A stretch of DNA of 64,000 bases from positions 62,008 to 126,007 of the forward strand of contig CAJULV010000002.1 of the NCBI GenBank assembly GCA_910587555.1, given 5' to 3'. Every line of letters begins with the position of its first letter. Position 1 is the first letter of the stretch. This DNA comes from an uncultured Acetatifactor sp. (GTDB lineage Bacteria > Bacillota > Clostridia > Lachnospirales > Lachnospiraceae). The notes below the pieces were generated by a model. It saw only the letters and a list, made by a program, of their open reading frames with translations, searched no databases and was not told where the DNA came from. Shown here piece after piece: positions 20,901 through 30,326 of this stretch. A program made the position numbers and the translations under genes.

Positions 20901-21489
20901 CCATGGCTTCATCCGGCTCATAGTACATCCCGTCCGCCTCCATGGTTTCCTCCGGCCCATAGTGCGCCTCGTCCGCTTCCATGGCTCCTTCCGGCCCATA
21001 GTATGCCCCGTCTGCTTCCATGGTTTCCTCCGGCCCATAGTGCGCCTCGTCCGCTTCCATGGCTTCATCCGGCTCATAGTACACCTCATCCGCCTCCATG
21101 GTTTCCTCCGGCCCGCAGTGCGCCTCGCCCGCTGTCCCTTCCCCGAACCCATATGAATCCGGTTCCGTCTCCCTTTCCTCTTCGGACAGCATAAACGCAT
21201 CCCTTCTGTCCCGCATCGGGAACCTCACACGGCTCCCATCATCGCTTTCATGTTCCACAGCCTCGGAGTAACTCACTTCGTCGTCAACCGGCTCATAGCC
21301 TGTATCTGCTTCTTCCAGTTCTTCCCGCTCTTCAGGTTCCTCCGCCGCTTCTTCTATGTAAGCACTGTCTTCTTCCGCGCTGTCCCAGTCATATACATTT
21401 TCGTCCTCGTCCCAATAGGTATCCCTCTCCATGAAAGGATCCATCTTCCCGGAATCACTGTTCCTGCCACGTTTCAAAAAGTTTTTCAT
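17929..21489 (-). CDS. Large modular GH25 muramidase: acidic repeat N-terminus, TM helix, PT linker, Ig-like domains, cell-wall-binding repeat, GH25
   Basis: [52 protein letters not shown] repeat. Confidence 0.88.
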   Translation of the reverse strand: MKNFLKRGRNSDSGKMDPFMERDTYWDEDENVYDWDSAEEDSAYIEEAAEEPEEREELEEADTGYEPVDDEVSYSEAVEHESDDGSRVRFPMRDRRDAFMLSEEERETEPDSYGFGEGTAGEAHCGPEETMEADEVYYEPDEAMEADEAHYGPEETMEADGAYYGPEGAMEADEAHYGPEETMEADGMYYEPDEAMEADEVYYEPDEAMEADGVYYGPDEAVNAENGDFASGESGDIWYEEEPASRDLAGGYTDERYDDAAADRYGFEAENGAEPYGRQAAFRDTQEEEGDFWQENAVTPAGNHSRAGNRGAARPAKPAANKQAAGRNRQTAGSGGGGGLFARLGSAVRGMDVMDRVMVITGVAVLVLAIVTGGIFIRINTNKKQIASFADVGRELEGINMIGESGLLAVAGVQMARLNAETPAPEEEPDDGYHENGYEREVSVEPSFTSVQKDLKIKFINKKSDKLVANVPFSVTVTDPDGKSQIWSDDDMDGIIHKKELKPGTYQVAMEPLTDKKYAGYSLFTDSRSVEVKKEIAYEKVNVANEVKKESEVNAAKEDTRKNETVVESTLKDTVAWVESKVISATYNEVAKNTIPDPVTLAVATAQRVLYLSAEESEVPITEGSSPEVSEEPPADPTEEPTPEPTEAPTPEPTEAPTPEPTEAPTPEPTATPTPEPTATPTPEPTEAPTATPTPVPTATPTPVPTATPTPTPPVLAKGTVSVTPEELNAVPGNVLAAKATAAGFTAGQKVVYAVVSSNTAVATATVDAAGNINVTAVADGTALITVAASYENGGAETQATASIRVSVLGSNTLTLDKTALTVYAEVPAVINALFSNTLAGLPEVTAESSDTGIAAVKVDKAAITVTGVKEGTAVITVKCRYGNQDLSATCNVTVRRHPREDNVTLLKDAGGQQLYVLVDNEYREATRADYYTADKFYIKGEAKYTGWQTLEGKVYYFKADGSKVTGEQIIQGAKYNFASDGSLVTGSNGTVGIDVSKWNGKIDWNAVKNSGISYVIIRCGYRGSTQGSLIEDPKFETNIKGATAAGLKVGVYFFSQAVDETEAVEEASMVLDQIRNYKISYPVFLDVEASGGRADKIDKATRTAVCKAFCQTIQNSGYTAGIYANKTWLESKIDTGSLSAYKIWLAQYAAKPTYKGRYDLWQYRSTGSVSGISGNVDFNISYLGY
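19351..19590. repeat. 24-bp coding repeats (PTEAPTPE / PTATPTPV linker)
   Basis: Repeated units visible in DNA and protein. Confidence 0.9.
20828..21128. repeat. 39-bp coding tandem repeat, about 7.5 copies (PEETMEADEAHYG-like)
   Basis: 13-aa acidic, Tyr-containing units in the N-terminal region. Confidence 0.9.
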
Positions 21490-21649
21490 TTTCCTACCCC
21501 CGTCCGCTTTCGCAGACATGAATGCAACAGCATGAAAGCGTATTTTTCACCTTTCCCCATGCCCGCTTCCGCGGACATCTGCCAGAAGCTGAATATAAAA
21601 TTCATGCTTACCCGCTTCCCAAATCCAAATCCCGTAATAAATCTGTAAT

Positions 21650-21678
21650 ATTATAGCATTTCAGCATCACATGTTCAA
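21650..21678 (-). promoter_or_regulatory. sigmaA promoter for the large GH25 gene
   Basis: TTGAAC N17 TATAAT with extended TG. Confidence 0.75.
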
Positions 21679-21791
21679 GTAAGAACTACAATTCTTTATA
21701 ATTTCTTAAAATGTTTTAAATCGTATTAATAATGTAGACTTTCCCGCTCCATAATAGTAAAATGATAAATAAAAAAGAAACGGAGTACCGT

Positions 21792-22937
21792 ATGAAAAAT
21801 AAGCGAAACGCTAACGACACACAACGGGGCAACACCCTTCCCATACCGGATATCGATATTATAGACCTGGAAAATGACAGCGGCGCGGTAGCGTCCGCAG
21901 AACCGGCTTCGGAGGACGCGCATCCCGCTGCTGCCGGGAAAAAGGGAAAAAAGAATGACCGTCCCTTCCGGGTCGTACACATTGCCCTCCTCACCGTCTT
22001 TCTGCTGTTTATATGCGGCCTGGTCTACAAAATAGCGAATTTCGGAGTCCACGTGGACCTGAGCGAAATCTTCAAAGACGGGCCGGGAACCTATGAGGAT
22101 AACTTCGACACCATACTCCCCCTCTTTGATGCGGAAGGCAATCCCGTGTACAAGCACTATGGGGAGGGCACCACCATAGTCGCATTCGGCAATGCCCCTT
22201 TTGCGGACGACAGGAGTTCCGAAGATAACCTTGCCGCTCTCATTGCGCAGATGACAGGCGCCACCGTATATAACTGTTCCGTCAGCGGCAGCTATCTGGC
22301 TGCGGACGGCGACAGCCTGGACGCGGCGGCGCATCCCATGGATATCTTTAATTTTTACTGGCTCTGCTCTCTGGCCACGGGATATCATGAAGATACGGAC
22401 GCCGAGTTCCACAAGGGAATGGATCTTCTGGGAGACAGCGCGCCCGCCGAAGCCTGGGACGTATACAATACCCTGACTTCCGTTGACCTCGCCACTGTGG
22501 ATGTGGTGGTGGTCATGTACGACGGCAGCGATTATCTGGCCGGCCATCCCATGTATAATGATGCGAAAGATACGGATGTCACACAGTTTACCGGCAATAC
22601 GGAGGCCGGTATTGAACTCCTTCATTATTTTTATCCCAATCTGCGCATCATCGTCATGTCCCCCACCTATGCCTATGGGCTGGACGAAAACGGAGATTAC
22701 ATCAGCAGTGATATCCAGCGGTACGGCTGGGATGTACTCAGTACCTATGTGATCAAGCAGTATGCTTCCTGTAACTCCAGGGGGGTCACCTTCGTGGATA
22801 ACCTGTATGGTACCATAAACGAAGACCAGGCGCCGGAATATCTGACGGATCATCTGCACCTGAATCTGGCCGGACGCAAAAAAGTAGCCGAACGCTTTGT
22901 GTATGCGCTCAACTACTTCAGTCATTTACTGGAATGA
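21792..22937 (+). CDS. Membrane-anchored SGNH/GDSL-like hydrolase (the only plus-strand gene called)
   Basis: TM helix; VAFGNA (block I Ser not evident), DHLHLN block V; TAGACT-N17-TAAAAT upstream. Confidence 0.75.
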   Translation: MKNKRNANDTQRGNTLPIPDIDIIDLENDSGAVASAEPASEDAHPAAAGKKGKKNDRPFRVVHIALLTVFLLFICGLVYKIANFGVHVDLSEIFKDGPGTYEDNFDTILPLFDAEGNPVYKHYGEGTTIVAFGNAPFADDRSSEDNLAALIAQMTGATVYNCSVSGSYLAADGDSLDAAAHPMDIFNFYWLCSLATGYHEDTDAEFHKGMDLLGDSAPAEAWDVYNTLTSVDLATVDVVVVMYDGSDYLAGHPMYNDAKDTDVTQFTGNTEAGIELLHYFYPNLRIIVMSPTYAYGLDENGDYISSDIQRYGWDVLSTYVIKQYASCNSRGVTFVDNLYGTINEDQAPEYLTDHLHLNLAGRKKVAERFVYALNYFSHLLE

Positions 22938-23765
22938 TTGGGTTTCCGGATTCCACAATTCTACAGCCGAATCTCTGTAGATCACATAGCCGTCTATCTC
23001 CGCAAACCATGTCCAGCCGAAAGCCTGCGGATCTCCCGTCAGCTTTCGGTCTGCCGGCAGGATACAGTAATGACAGGCCGCCTCCCTTGCCAGCGGTACC
23101 AGTACCTCCAGGTCAACGGGGTCCTGTTCCAGGGCGTCACAGAGCGGGTCATGGTAATTCCATCTGTCCACTGTCATCTCCCTCCCGTAGGGCATGCAGA
23201 CAAAAGCGGAATACTGCCTTACATAAGGCACCAAATCCAGCGGAAAAGCCGCCATCACTTCCCTGCCCGGCACATTGATAGCATCACAGATATGGACCAC
23301 GCTGTCCGGCACATGATACAGGTTCTCCGCCTTCGAAAAAAGCGGGCTGCTGTAAATCAGGCTGCCGGAAACCGCAAGCGCCCCCGCCATACACAGCGCT
23401 GCCAGATCCGCCGGCAATCCCCTCCAGGCATGGAAAAGACTCCCCTGGGGCGGTTTGACCTGCGCAATACATCCCGTGATGCACACACAGGTATACGCGA
23501 TTACCACGGTAATCGGCAGCAGCCACAGAATCCGGTAATATACCTCGTCCCCAGTGACTTTATATACCAGCTGCGCAAACAGCGGGTTAAAGTACAGTAC
23601 CAGAAGCACAACAGGCATATAGATAAAAAGAATGCGCATATAACGTCTTTTTTCCTTCATCCACAGATAAAGCAGGGCTATCAGATACCAGATCACAATC
23701 ATTCCCGTACCCATATAATCCCGAAACAGTGCTAACATATCAATTCCCATGGTCTCTCCCAACAA
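22926..23765 (-). CDS. Integral membrane protein of the glycan locus, function unknown
   Basis: Several TM segments; YYRILWLLP motif. Confidence 0.75.
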   Translation of the reverse strand: MLGETMGIDMLALFRDYMGTGMIVIWYLIALLYLWMKEKRRYMRILFIYMPVVLLVLYFNPLFAQLVYKVTGDEVYYRILWLLPITVVIAYTCVCITGCIAQVKPPQGSLFHAWRGLPADLAALCMAGALAVSGSLIYSSPLFSKAENLYHVPDSVVHICDAINVPGREVMAAFPLDLVPYVRQYSAFVCMPYGREMTVDRWNYHDPLCDALEQDPVDLEVLVPLAREAACHYCILPADRKLTGDPQAFGWTWFAEIDGYVIYRDSAVELWNPETQSFQ

Positions 23766-23829
23766 TTAAGTTCCGCATATGCCCTCCCGGTACCCTTTAT
23801 CCGGCCATATGCCTTTATAAGCGCTTCAC

Positions 23830-24900
23830 TCACTCCAGCAGCAGATAAATCAGCGCATACGCCGCACAGGGAACGCAGCAGGCGCACAGGGGAAAAAGCA
23901 CCCGGATGCGCTTATAGCACAGCGCTCCCAGCAATCCGGCAATTCCTACAGCCAGGCAAACCAGAAACGCCCCAAGCGTACTGCACAGGCATCCCGTCAC
24001 CGCCGCAGCTCCCAGCAAAAGGTAAAATGACACCTGTATCCGCTGTTTCTCCTGCAGCTTCTTCAGAAGAAGGAGCATCAGAAAGACAAGAAACGGAATC
24101 ACGATATTCGCCAGAGCCGCTTTTCCCTGACGGCTCCTGGCAATCAGAAAGTTTTCCGCCGTGTAGATGGAATAATTTCCGAACAGGACCAGCACCTCCG
24201 CAAATACAAGAAACAGCGGCAGCTGCCTCCCCCCTTCCGGAAATAAAACTCTGCCGAACAGATAAAATATCCCATATGTCATGGCAATCAGCACCACCGG
24301 CAGCACCACTTTTGCCACCGTTATCGCCGGCATCCCCGACATCCTTGCCAGAAAGGATATCCAAATCGGAAACGGTGCCAGCCCATGCCTGATATCCATC
24401 AGCGTCGACCCTCCCGTGTAAGGAAGCTTCCGGTACATGGTATCCGCCTCCTGGGTGATGGATGATATCGCCACATAGTATGCGTCGTCCGTATCCGCAT
24501 AGGAAAGCCGCACTGCCTGAACCAGCTGAAGCAGCAGCACCCCCCAGAAAACCAGCCAGAGCAGGACACCCGATGCCGGGTTGTCCCCGCTTCCCTGCCC
24601 CCTTGTCCGGTCCGGCGACGGCTTACGCCCCTTCACCAGACGCTGAATCTCCACGGCCACAGCCAAAAGTGCCATCGCCGCAACATATCCTGTAAACAGC
24701 TGCACCAGGCGGCTGAAGCTGTGTTCCTGAATAATCAAGGGTACGCTGATCAGCTGAAAGCCCGCCCACAGAAGGAACTGCCCGCTGACCCAGCGAAAGA
24801 CCAGATGGCCGCCCAGTTTATCCGCCTTCAGAAACAGTCCGCCCACAACGGCAGGAGCCGCCAGCAGCAAAACAGCCAAAATCAATAACTGTACTCCCAA
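23830..24900 (-). CDS. Polytopic membrane protein (DUF6077-like, possible GT-C fold)
   Basis: Many TM helices; DTDDAYY acidic loop; RSRQGK. Confidence 0.7.
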   Translation of the reverse strand: MGVQLLILAVLLLAAPAVVGGLFLKADKLGGHLVFRWVSGQFLLWAGFQLISVPLIIQEHSFSRLVQLFTGYVAAMALLAVAVEIQRLVKGRKPSPDRTRGQGSGDNPASGVLLWLVFWGVLLLQLVQAVRLSYADTDDAYYVAISSITQEADTMYRKLPYTGGSTLMDIRHGLAPFPIWISFLARMSGMPAITVAKVVLPVVLIAMTYGIFYLFGRVLFPEGGRQLPLFLVFAEVLVLFGNYSIYTAENFLIARSRQGKAALANIVIPFLVFLMLLLLKKLQEKQRIQVSFYLLLGAAAVTGCLCSTLGAFLVCLAVGIAGLLGALCYKRIRVLFPLCACCVPCAAYALIYLLLE

Positions 24901-24906
24901 TCTCTC

Positions 24907-26220
24907 CTACTCCTTTCCCGCTTCGCCTCCGGAGGCCATTATCGAGAAATCACTGATTCCTGCAAAGGCGCCGCATCCGGCTCCCCCCGGGCACTTATCC
25001 CGTCCCTGCCCGCCGCCCCAAGCCTGCATCAGCGCCGGAACAAGCCACAGTTGATTCACTGCCGCCGTATATTTATAATCCATTATCCCCGCACCGCGCA
25101 GCACAAGTATCCCCACCAGAATTCCGCAGAAAAACAGGGAAAGCACGGCGGTAACCGCCCCACTGCGCCAGCGGATTTTCTCTCCCGCAGACAGCTTAAG
25201 CGCAGCTGACATCAGTGTCAGAAAAATCATTGTCACAAACCACCAACTGTAATAATCCACATAATTTCGCGTCAAAATAGGCGCTCTCCCGCCCATAATC
25301 TCATAATTTCTCCCGGTATGGGAAACGTATGCGCCTCCCCGAAGCTGAATCTGCATAATCACAGGTGTCACCGTATAGCCGAGCACATCCCAGCCAATCT
25401 GCCGGACCACCATGGATGCATGCGCCTTCCACCCCGTCTCCGCGATCTGCCGGTAATATGCCCTTGCCGCCTTCGGCGATACCTTTTCTTCGATGGCTGC
25501 CTCCAGATGCTCCATATTCCCGGGTGTCAGGGACGCATCCCACACCACTTCCCCGGTAATCTCCTGTAAATCTTCCGTCCAATTGTCATGGTCCACCCAT
25601 ATGGTTGGCCAGGCAAGGCGTCTTGCCATGGCCGCTTCGATGCTGCGTCCCGTCTCTTCCCGCCCGGCGGTATCCGTCGCACCGGACAGCACCGCCAACA
25701 ACCCGCCGCAGAAGACTGCCAGCGCCAGAAGCAGCGCCACGCGCCCGCGCCCGGAAGCAGGCGCTGCCGGCTGTATACGCGGCGCTTCCCTCCTCCGTCC
25801 CGCTGCCTGCAGTACAAACGAAAGCATCAGCAGAAACAGGGAATTCATGAACGAAAAGGGCAGAAGCGCAAGATGGCACTGCATGGCAAAGGGACAGGAC
25901 AGGAGAACCAGCGCCCTCCATATCCCCCGGCCTTTTCCGACAATCCCTCTGCCGGAGGGCTGCAGCTTCTCCAAAAAATAATACCCTGCCCAGAATGCCG
26001 CCGCAAGCTGCAGCAGGTACAATATCTGGGGATTCTCCCCGCACAGGCGCAGGATTGCCCCATACAGAACAGACTCTGCTTCCCCGAAGTCCTGAATATG
26101 CCCGAAATTTCGGCACATCCAGGCCAGGCCGAAGAGAATCTGAATGGTAAATCCCGTAAAAAGCATCCCTCTGACAACGGGCGCCATATGTGCCGCCGCC
26201 TTTTTTACACCCTGCATCAA
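24907..26220 (-). CDS. Polytopic membrane protein, function unknown
   Basis: Long hydrophobic ORF in operon with GGAGAGGAG RBS. Confidence 0.7.
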   Translation of the reverse strand: MMQGVKKAAAHMAPVVRGMLFTGFTIQILFGLAWMCRNFGHIQDFGEAESVLYGAILRLCGENPQILYLLQLAAAFWAGYYFLEKLQPSGRGIVGKGRGIWRALVLLSCPFAMQCHLALLPFSFMNSLFLLMLSFVLQAAGRRREAPRIQPAAPASGRGRVALLLALAVFCGGLLAVLSGATDTAGREETGRSIEAAMARRLAWPTIWVDHDNWTEDLQEITGEVVWDASLTPGNMEHLEAAIEEKVSPKAARAYYRQIAETGWKAHASMVVRQIGWDVLGYTVTPVIMQIQLRGGAYVSHTGRNYEIMGGRAPILTRNYVDYYSWWFVTMIFLTLMSAALKLSAGEKIRWRSGAVTAVLSLFFCGILVGILVLRGAGIMDYKYTAAVNQLWLVPALMQAWGGGQGRDKCPGGAGCGAFAGISDFSIMASGGEAGKE

Positions 26221-26244
26221 ATCTCCTCTCCCTGATACCGGAGC

Positions 26245-27375
26245 CTATGCATAAAACTTTTTCACGGTATCACAGATATAATCTACCTGTTCCCCTGTCA
26301 GCCCGTAATACATGGGCAGGCGTGCCAGCCGCTCGCTCTCCCTGGTAGTGTATCTGTCCTCCCCGTGGAAACGGCCGAACTTCAGCCCCGCCGGCGCGGT
26401 ATGGAGCGGAATATAATGAAATACCGAATGGATATCATTTTTTTTCAGATAATCTATCAGCTCCGTCCGCTCCCCGAGATCTGCCGCCTTGATATAGAAC
26501 ATATGCCCGTTATGCACACATCCCTCCGGAACCACAGGCAGTTCTATCTTTCCCGCCTCCGCCAGCGGCTTCAGATTCTCATAATAGCGGTTCCAGCAGA
26601 AAAGCCTGGACTCATTTATCTCCTCCGCAATCTCCAGCTGGGCATACAGATAGGCTGCGTTCATATCGCTGGGCAGATAGGAGGAACCGTAGTTGATCCA
26701 TGTATACTTGTCAATCTGCCCCCGATAATATTTGCTGCGGTTGGTACCTTTCTCCCTGATAATCTCCGCCTCTTCCACATCTTTCGGATCCCGTATCAGA
26801 AGCGCTCCGCCCTCACCCATACTGTAGTTCTTGGTCTCATGAAAGCTGAAACAGCCAAAGTTGCCGAAGGTCCCCAGGGCCTGTCCCTTGTAGGAGGCCA
26901 TGATCCCCTGGGCCGCATCCTCAATCACTGCCAGCCCATGGCGTTTTGCGATATCCATGATGGTATCCATCTCGCAGGCCACGCCGGCATAGTGTACCGG
27001 CACTATGGCTTTGGTCCGCTCCGTAATCGCTTCTTCTATCCGCTTTTCATCAATATTCATGGTATCCGGCCTGATATCCACAAACACCGGCACCGCTCCC
27101 CGAAGCACGAAGGCATCGGCCGTTGACACGAAAGTAAACGAGGGCATGATAACCTCATCCCCCGGCCCAATCCCGGGAAGCAGCAGCGCCGCAAGCTCTG
27201 TCGCGTGCGTACAGGAAGTTGTCAGCAGGCATTTTGCCGTCCCTGTCTTTCGTTCAATCCATTCATTGCACTTTTTGGTGTACGAGCCGTCACCGCATAT
27301 TTTCTGGTTTCTGACACACTCCTGAATATATTCATACGCTTTCGGGGCATGTGGTGGTACATTGAAATTAATCAT
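26245..27375 (-). CDS. wecE: dTDP-4-amino-4,6-dideoxygalactose transaminase
   Basis: TSCTHA, VHYAGV, EDAAQG, FSFHETKN PLP lysine, EKGTNRS. Confidence 0.92.
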   Translation of the reverse strand: MINFNVPPHAPKAYEYIQECVRNQKICGDGSYTKKCNEWIERKTGTAKCLLTTSCTHATELAALLLPGIGPGDEVIMPSFTFVSTADAFVLRGAVPVFVDIRPDTMNIDEKRIEEAITERTKAIVPVHYAGVACEMDTIMDIAKRHGLAVIEDAAQGIMASYKGQALGTFGNFGCFSFHETKNYSMGEGGALLIRDPKDVEEAEIIREKGTNRSKYYRGQIDKYTWINYGSSYLPSDMNAAYLYAQLEIAEEINESRLFCWNRYYENLKPLAEAGKIELPVVPEGCVHNGHMFYIKAADLGERTELIDYLKKNDIHSVFHYIPLHTAPAGLKFGRFHGEDRYTTRESERLARLPMYYGLTGEQVDYICDTVKKFYA

Positions 27376-27451
27376 GGCTTACCTCTTTTCTTTTTATATC
27401 TGATGTTTATTTTCAGCTTATGGCCGATTGAAAATTCTTTATACGAAACAC

Positions 27452-28390
27452 TCAGCGAACCGGCGAATCCGGATCCCATGTCGTCCTGCTGATGATATAC
27501 TTGGGTCTGCCCTTTACTTCCTCATAAATCCGCGCGATATAATGTCCGATAATCCCCAGGCTCAGCATCAGAAAACCGCCGATAATTAAGATCAGAAAAA
27601 TCACCGTGGTAAATCCCTCCACAGCCGTTCCGGAAAGATACTTCACCAATGTCTGGACAAACAGCACCACGCTGAATAATATGGCAATCACACCCATTAC
27701 CGTCACCAGCTGCAGCGGAAGCGTGCTGAAGGAAGTGGCATTGGTTACGGCATACTTCATCAGGCTGAAAAAGGACCATTTGCTCTTCCCGTACTGCCGC
27801 TCCTGCACTTCATAAGTGACAGACTCCGTCCGAAAGCCCACCCAGAAGCTCAACGCCCGGAAAAAGGTATTTCGTTCCGGCAGTGTCAGCAGCACGTCCA
27901 CCACCTTGCGGTCCAGGAGCTTGAAATCCGAGGATGCGTCCATATCCATATTAATCAGCTTACTCATAACCTTATAAAACAATCCCGCGGAAAGCCTGTG
28001 TACCGGGCTTTCCTTTCCCCGGCTCACTTTGATGCCCTCCACTACCTCGGCGCCCTCCTGCCAGAGCTTCCACATCTGCGGAATCACCTGGGGCGGGTGC
28101 TGCAGGTCACAGTCCATCACAATGACCGCATTCCCCCTTGTCATCTCCAGCCCGGCAAAAATTGCCGGCTCCTTGCCGAAATTGCGGGAAAATTCCGCGC
28201 CCCTGATACGTGGGTTCCTCTCCGCCGCCCTGCGGATTTCGGAAAATGTCCCGTCCCCCGAGCCGTCACTGACAAATATCAGCTCGTAGTCGATGCCCTG
28301 TTCCTCCAGAAGCCCGGACAACACTCCCGCCGTGTTCGCTATATTCTCTTCTTCATTATAGGCCGGCAAAACAATAGATAAAAGTGCCAT
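27452..28390 (-). CDS. Polyprenol-phosphate glycosyltransferase, GT2 (GtrB-like)
   Basis: PAYNEE, DGSGD, FSRNFGKE, MDCDLQHPP, two C-terminal TMs, KGRPKY. Confidence 0.92.
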   Translation of the reverse strand: MALLSIVLPAYNEEENIANTAGVLSGLLEEQGIDYELIFVSDGSGDGTFSEIRRAAERNPRIRGAEFSRNFGKEPAIFAGLEMTRGNAVIVMDCDLQHPPQVIPQMWKLWQEGAEVVEGIKVSRGKESPVHRLSAGLFYKVMSKLINMDMDASSDFKLLDRKVVDVLLTLPERNTFFRALSFWVGFRTESVTYEVQERQYGKSKWSFFSLMKYAVTNATSFSTLPLQLVTVMGVIAILFSVVLFVQTLVKYLSGTAVEGFTTVIFLILIIGGFLMLSLGIIGHYIARIYEEVKGRPKYIISRTTWDPDSPVR

Positions 28391-28473
28391 TTTCTCTCCT
28401 GTTTCAAGTCAACACCCCCGCTGCAGGCAACGGGACATCAAGCTTGTAGCGCTGCAAAGCTAAAGAACATCCG

Positions 28474-30183
28474 TTACCGCTCCATATTCTCCGTCTTGAT
28501 ATACATGATGCCGTCGATAATGCGGATGGAATTCTCCCCCGGGAAACTGTCCATTGCAGTATACTCCTCCGAATAATACATCTCCGCCATTGCCTCCGGC
28601 GGCAGGATATTCAGCGTCGCCCCCAGGTAATTCCGGATGAAAATACGGTAATTATCCCCCCTGTACAGCAGGCTGTCGCCATTCATGCCTATCATGCCCG
28701 ATGTCACCGGCAATGTGATATCCGTCACCGGGTACTGTTCGTCTCCCACAACCCCCACCATGGCAATGGGAATACCGGGAAAATATCCTTCCGTCTGTTC
28801 TATCCTGTCAAGAAGCCGTATACAATAGGCATAAGTCTTCTCATACCGCTTCTGCAGGTTTGCGTAAGCGATATTGTCCGTTATACAATAGCAGAAAACC
28901 AGAATCGCCGCCGACAGCAGCGCTCCCCACTCCGGCCATGAACCCTTCTTCATCCCTGTGCCGCAGCCGCCGTTTCCCGCCAGAGCCACCGCCCCCACGG
29001 CATACAATACCCACTGATAGCGCATCAGCAGATGATAGTTCACCTCGGGCGATACCAGCAAGATGATATTGGTCGCCAAAGGCAGCGCCAGCACCGCTGC
29101 TACCATTATAACCAACAGATGCGGATTCTTCCAGTACTTTCTGCGACGGCCGTGCAAAAATACCGCGGCGGCTGCGGAAAACGCCAGCAACACCCAGGCG
29201 GCCAGCGAAAAAGTATTCTGAAACAGCACATTTCCCTTCAGGGAAAATTTGAAAAAGTCCACATACATTTCGGCAATCGTCGATAGCAGCCCTCCTGAAG
29301 CATTTCCGGAGGCCATGCCGCTAATCCCCTGATAGGTATCCAGTTCCTTCCCCTGAATTCTGAGCAGAATCTGCAGAATTCCGTAATAAAATCCGGCTCC
29401 CAGCACACCCATATAGAGATAATGCAGCATTACCCGGATTGTTTCCGCCGTCCCTGCCCCGGCACGTCCCTCTCCCGGACGGACTCTGTCCTCCCCCGGC
29501 TTTTCCCGGCCGCTTTGGGTGGCTTTTTCAGCATTCGGCGCTTCCCAGCGGCGCTTCTTCGCCGTCTTCAGCCTTTTTTCGTCCCATTCCGCCGCAACTT
29601 GCTGTCCGCCGTTCTCCGCCAGCAGCATCAGCACGGCATATATGGACAGTATCATGGCAAATGGCAGGTACCCCTGATAAATCCCCATGCTGAATGCCAG
29701 GCAAAGCGCCCCCGCCAGGAATCCCGTCCGGAAACGCTTTGTAAACAAAACTGCCAGCACCGCCAGCATCAGCGCCAGCATATACCCATCCAATGTATAC
29801 ACGTAGGCAAAGGTGGAAGCCAGTGCCGGAAAAACCGCCAGCAGGGCGCTGATGCCCATCACTGCCCAAAGCTTCCTCACCTCCAGCAGCTCGCACAGCG
29901 CCGCCGCCGCAACGCCCAGAAACGTAAGTCCCAGTAAACCGATAACCCAAGGAATCGTATAATAGGAAGAAAAACCGCAGGCAACCGACAGGAACCACCT
30001 GCCTGAGGTAATCATGTTCTGGTCGAAATACATACTGTCCAGGCCGTCATGATTCGGAATATCCGACAGCAGCATGGGCATATGTACCAGCAGCCCCGTG
30101 AAAAAGCAGGTGAGAAAAGCATATCTCCACTCCCGCCGTATCCTTCCATATAAGATTTGAAATGCCTGTGCAGGTGACATCAT
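28474..30183 (-). CDS. GtrII-like membrane glycosyltransferase (GT-C)
   Basis: NHDG...SGRW, SMGIYQ motifs; polytopic; next to the GtrB-like gene. Confidence 0.75.
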   Translation of the reverse strand: MMSPAQAFQILYGRIRREWRYAFLTCFFTGLLVHMPMLLSDIPNHDGLDSMYFDQNMITSGRWFLSVACGFSSYYTIPWVIGLLGLTFLGVAAAALCELLEVRKLWAVMGISALLAVFPALASTFAYVYTLDGYMLALMLAVLAVLFTKRFRTGFLAGALCLAFSMGIYQGYLPFAMILSIYAVLMLLAENGGQQVAAEWDEKRLKTAKKRRWEAPNAEKATQSGREKPGEDRVRPGEGRAGAGTAETIRVMLHYLYMGVLGAGFYYGILQILLRIQGKELDTYQGISGMASGNASGGLLSTIAEMYVDFFKFSLKGNVLFQNTFSLAAWVLLAFSAAAAVFLHGRRRKYWKNPHLLVIMVAAVLALPLATNIILLVSPEVNYHLLMRYQWVLYAVGAVALAGNGGCGTGMKKGSWPEWGALLSAAILVFCYCITDNIAYANLQKRYEKTYAYCIRLLDRIEQTEGYFPGIPIAMVGVVGDEQYPVTDITLPVTSGMIGMNGDSLLYRGDNYRIFIRNYLGATLNILPPEAMAEMYYSEEYTAMDSFPGENSIRIIDGIMYIKTENMER

Positions 30184-30326
30184 TTGTCATTCCTCCTCAT
30201 TTACCCGCTGTGCGGCAACGCTTAAGGGTGAACCCGCTTCACGAATTCACATGATCGGGTCCTGTTCCGTTTCTGCTGTTATAGCTTCTTCCTGTTCCTC
30301 GCTGTACAGCAGCCTTTTCGGGCGAA

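Noticed and set aside
14382..21489. Prophage lysis genes
   Set aside because: The GH25 proteins are membrane-anchored with no holin or other phage genes nearby.
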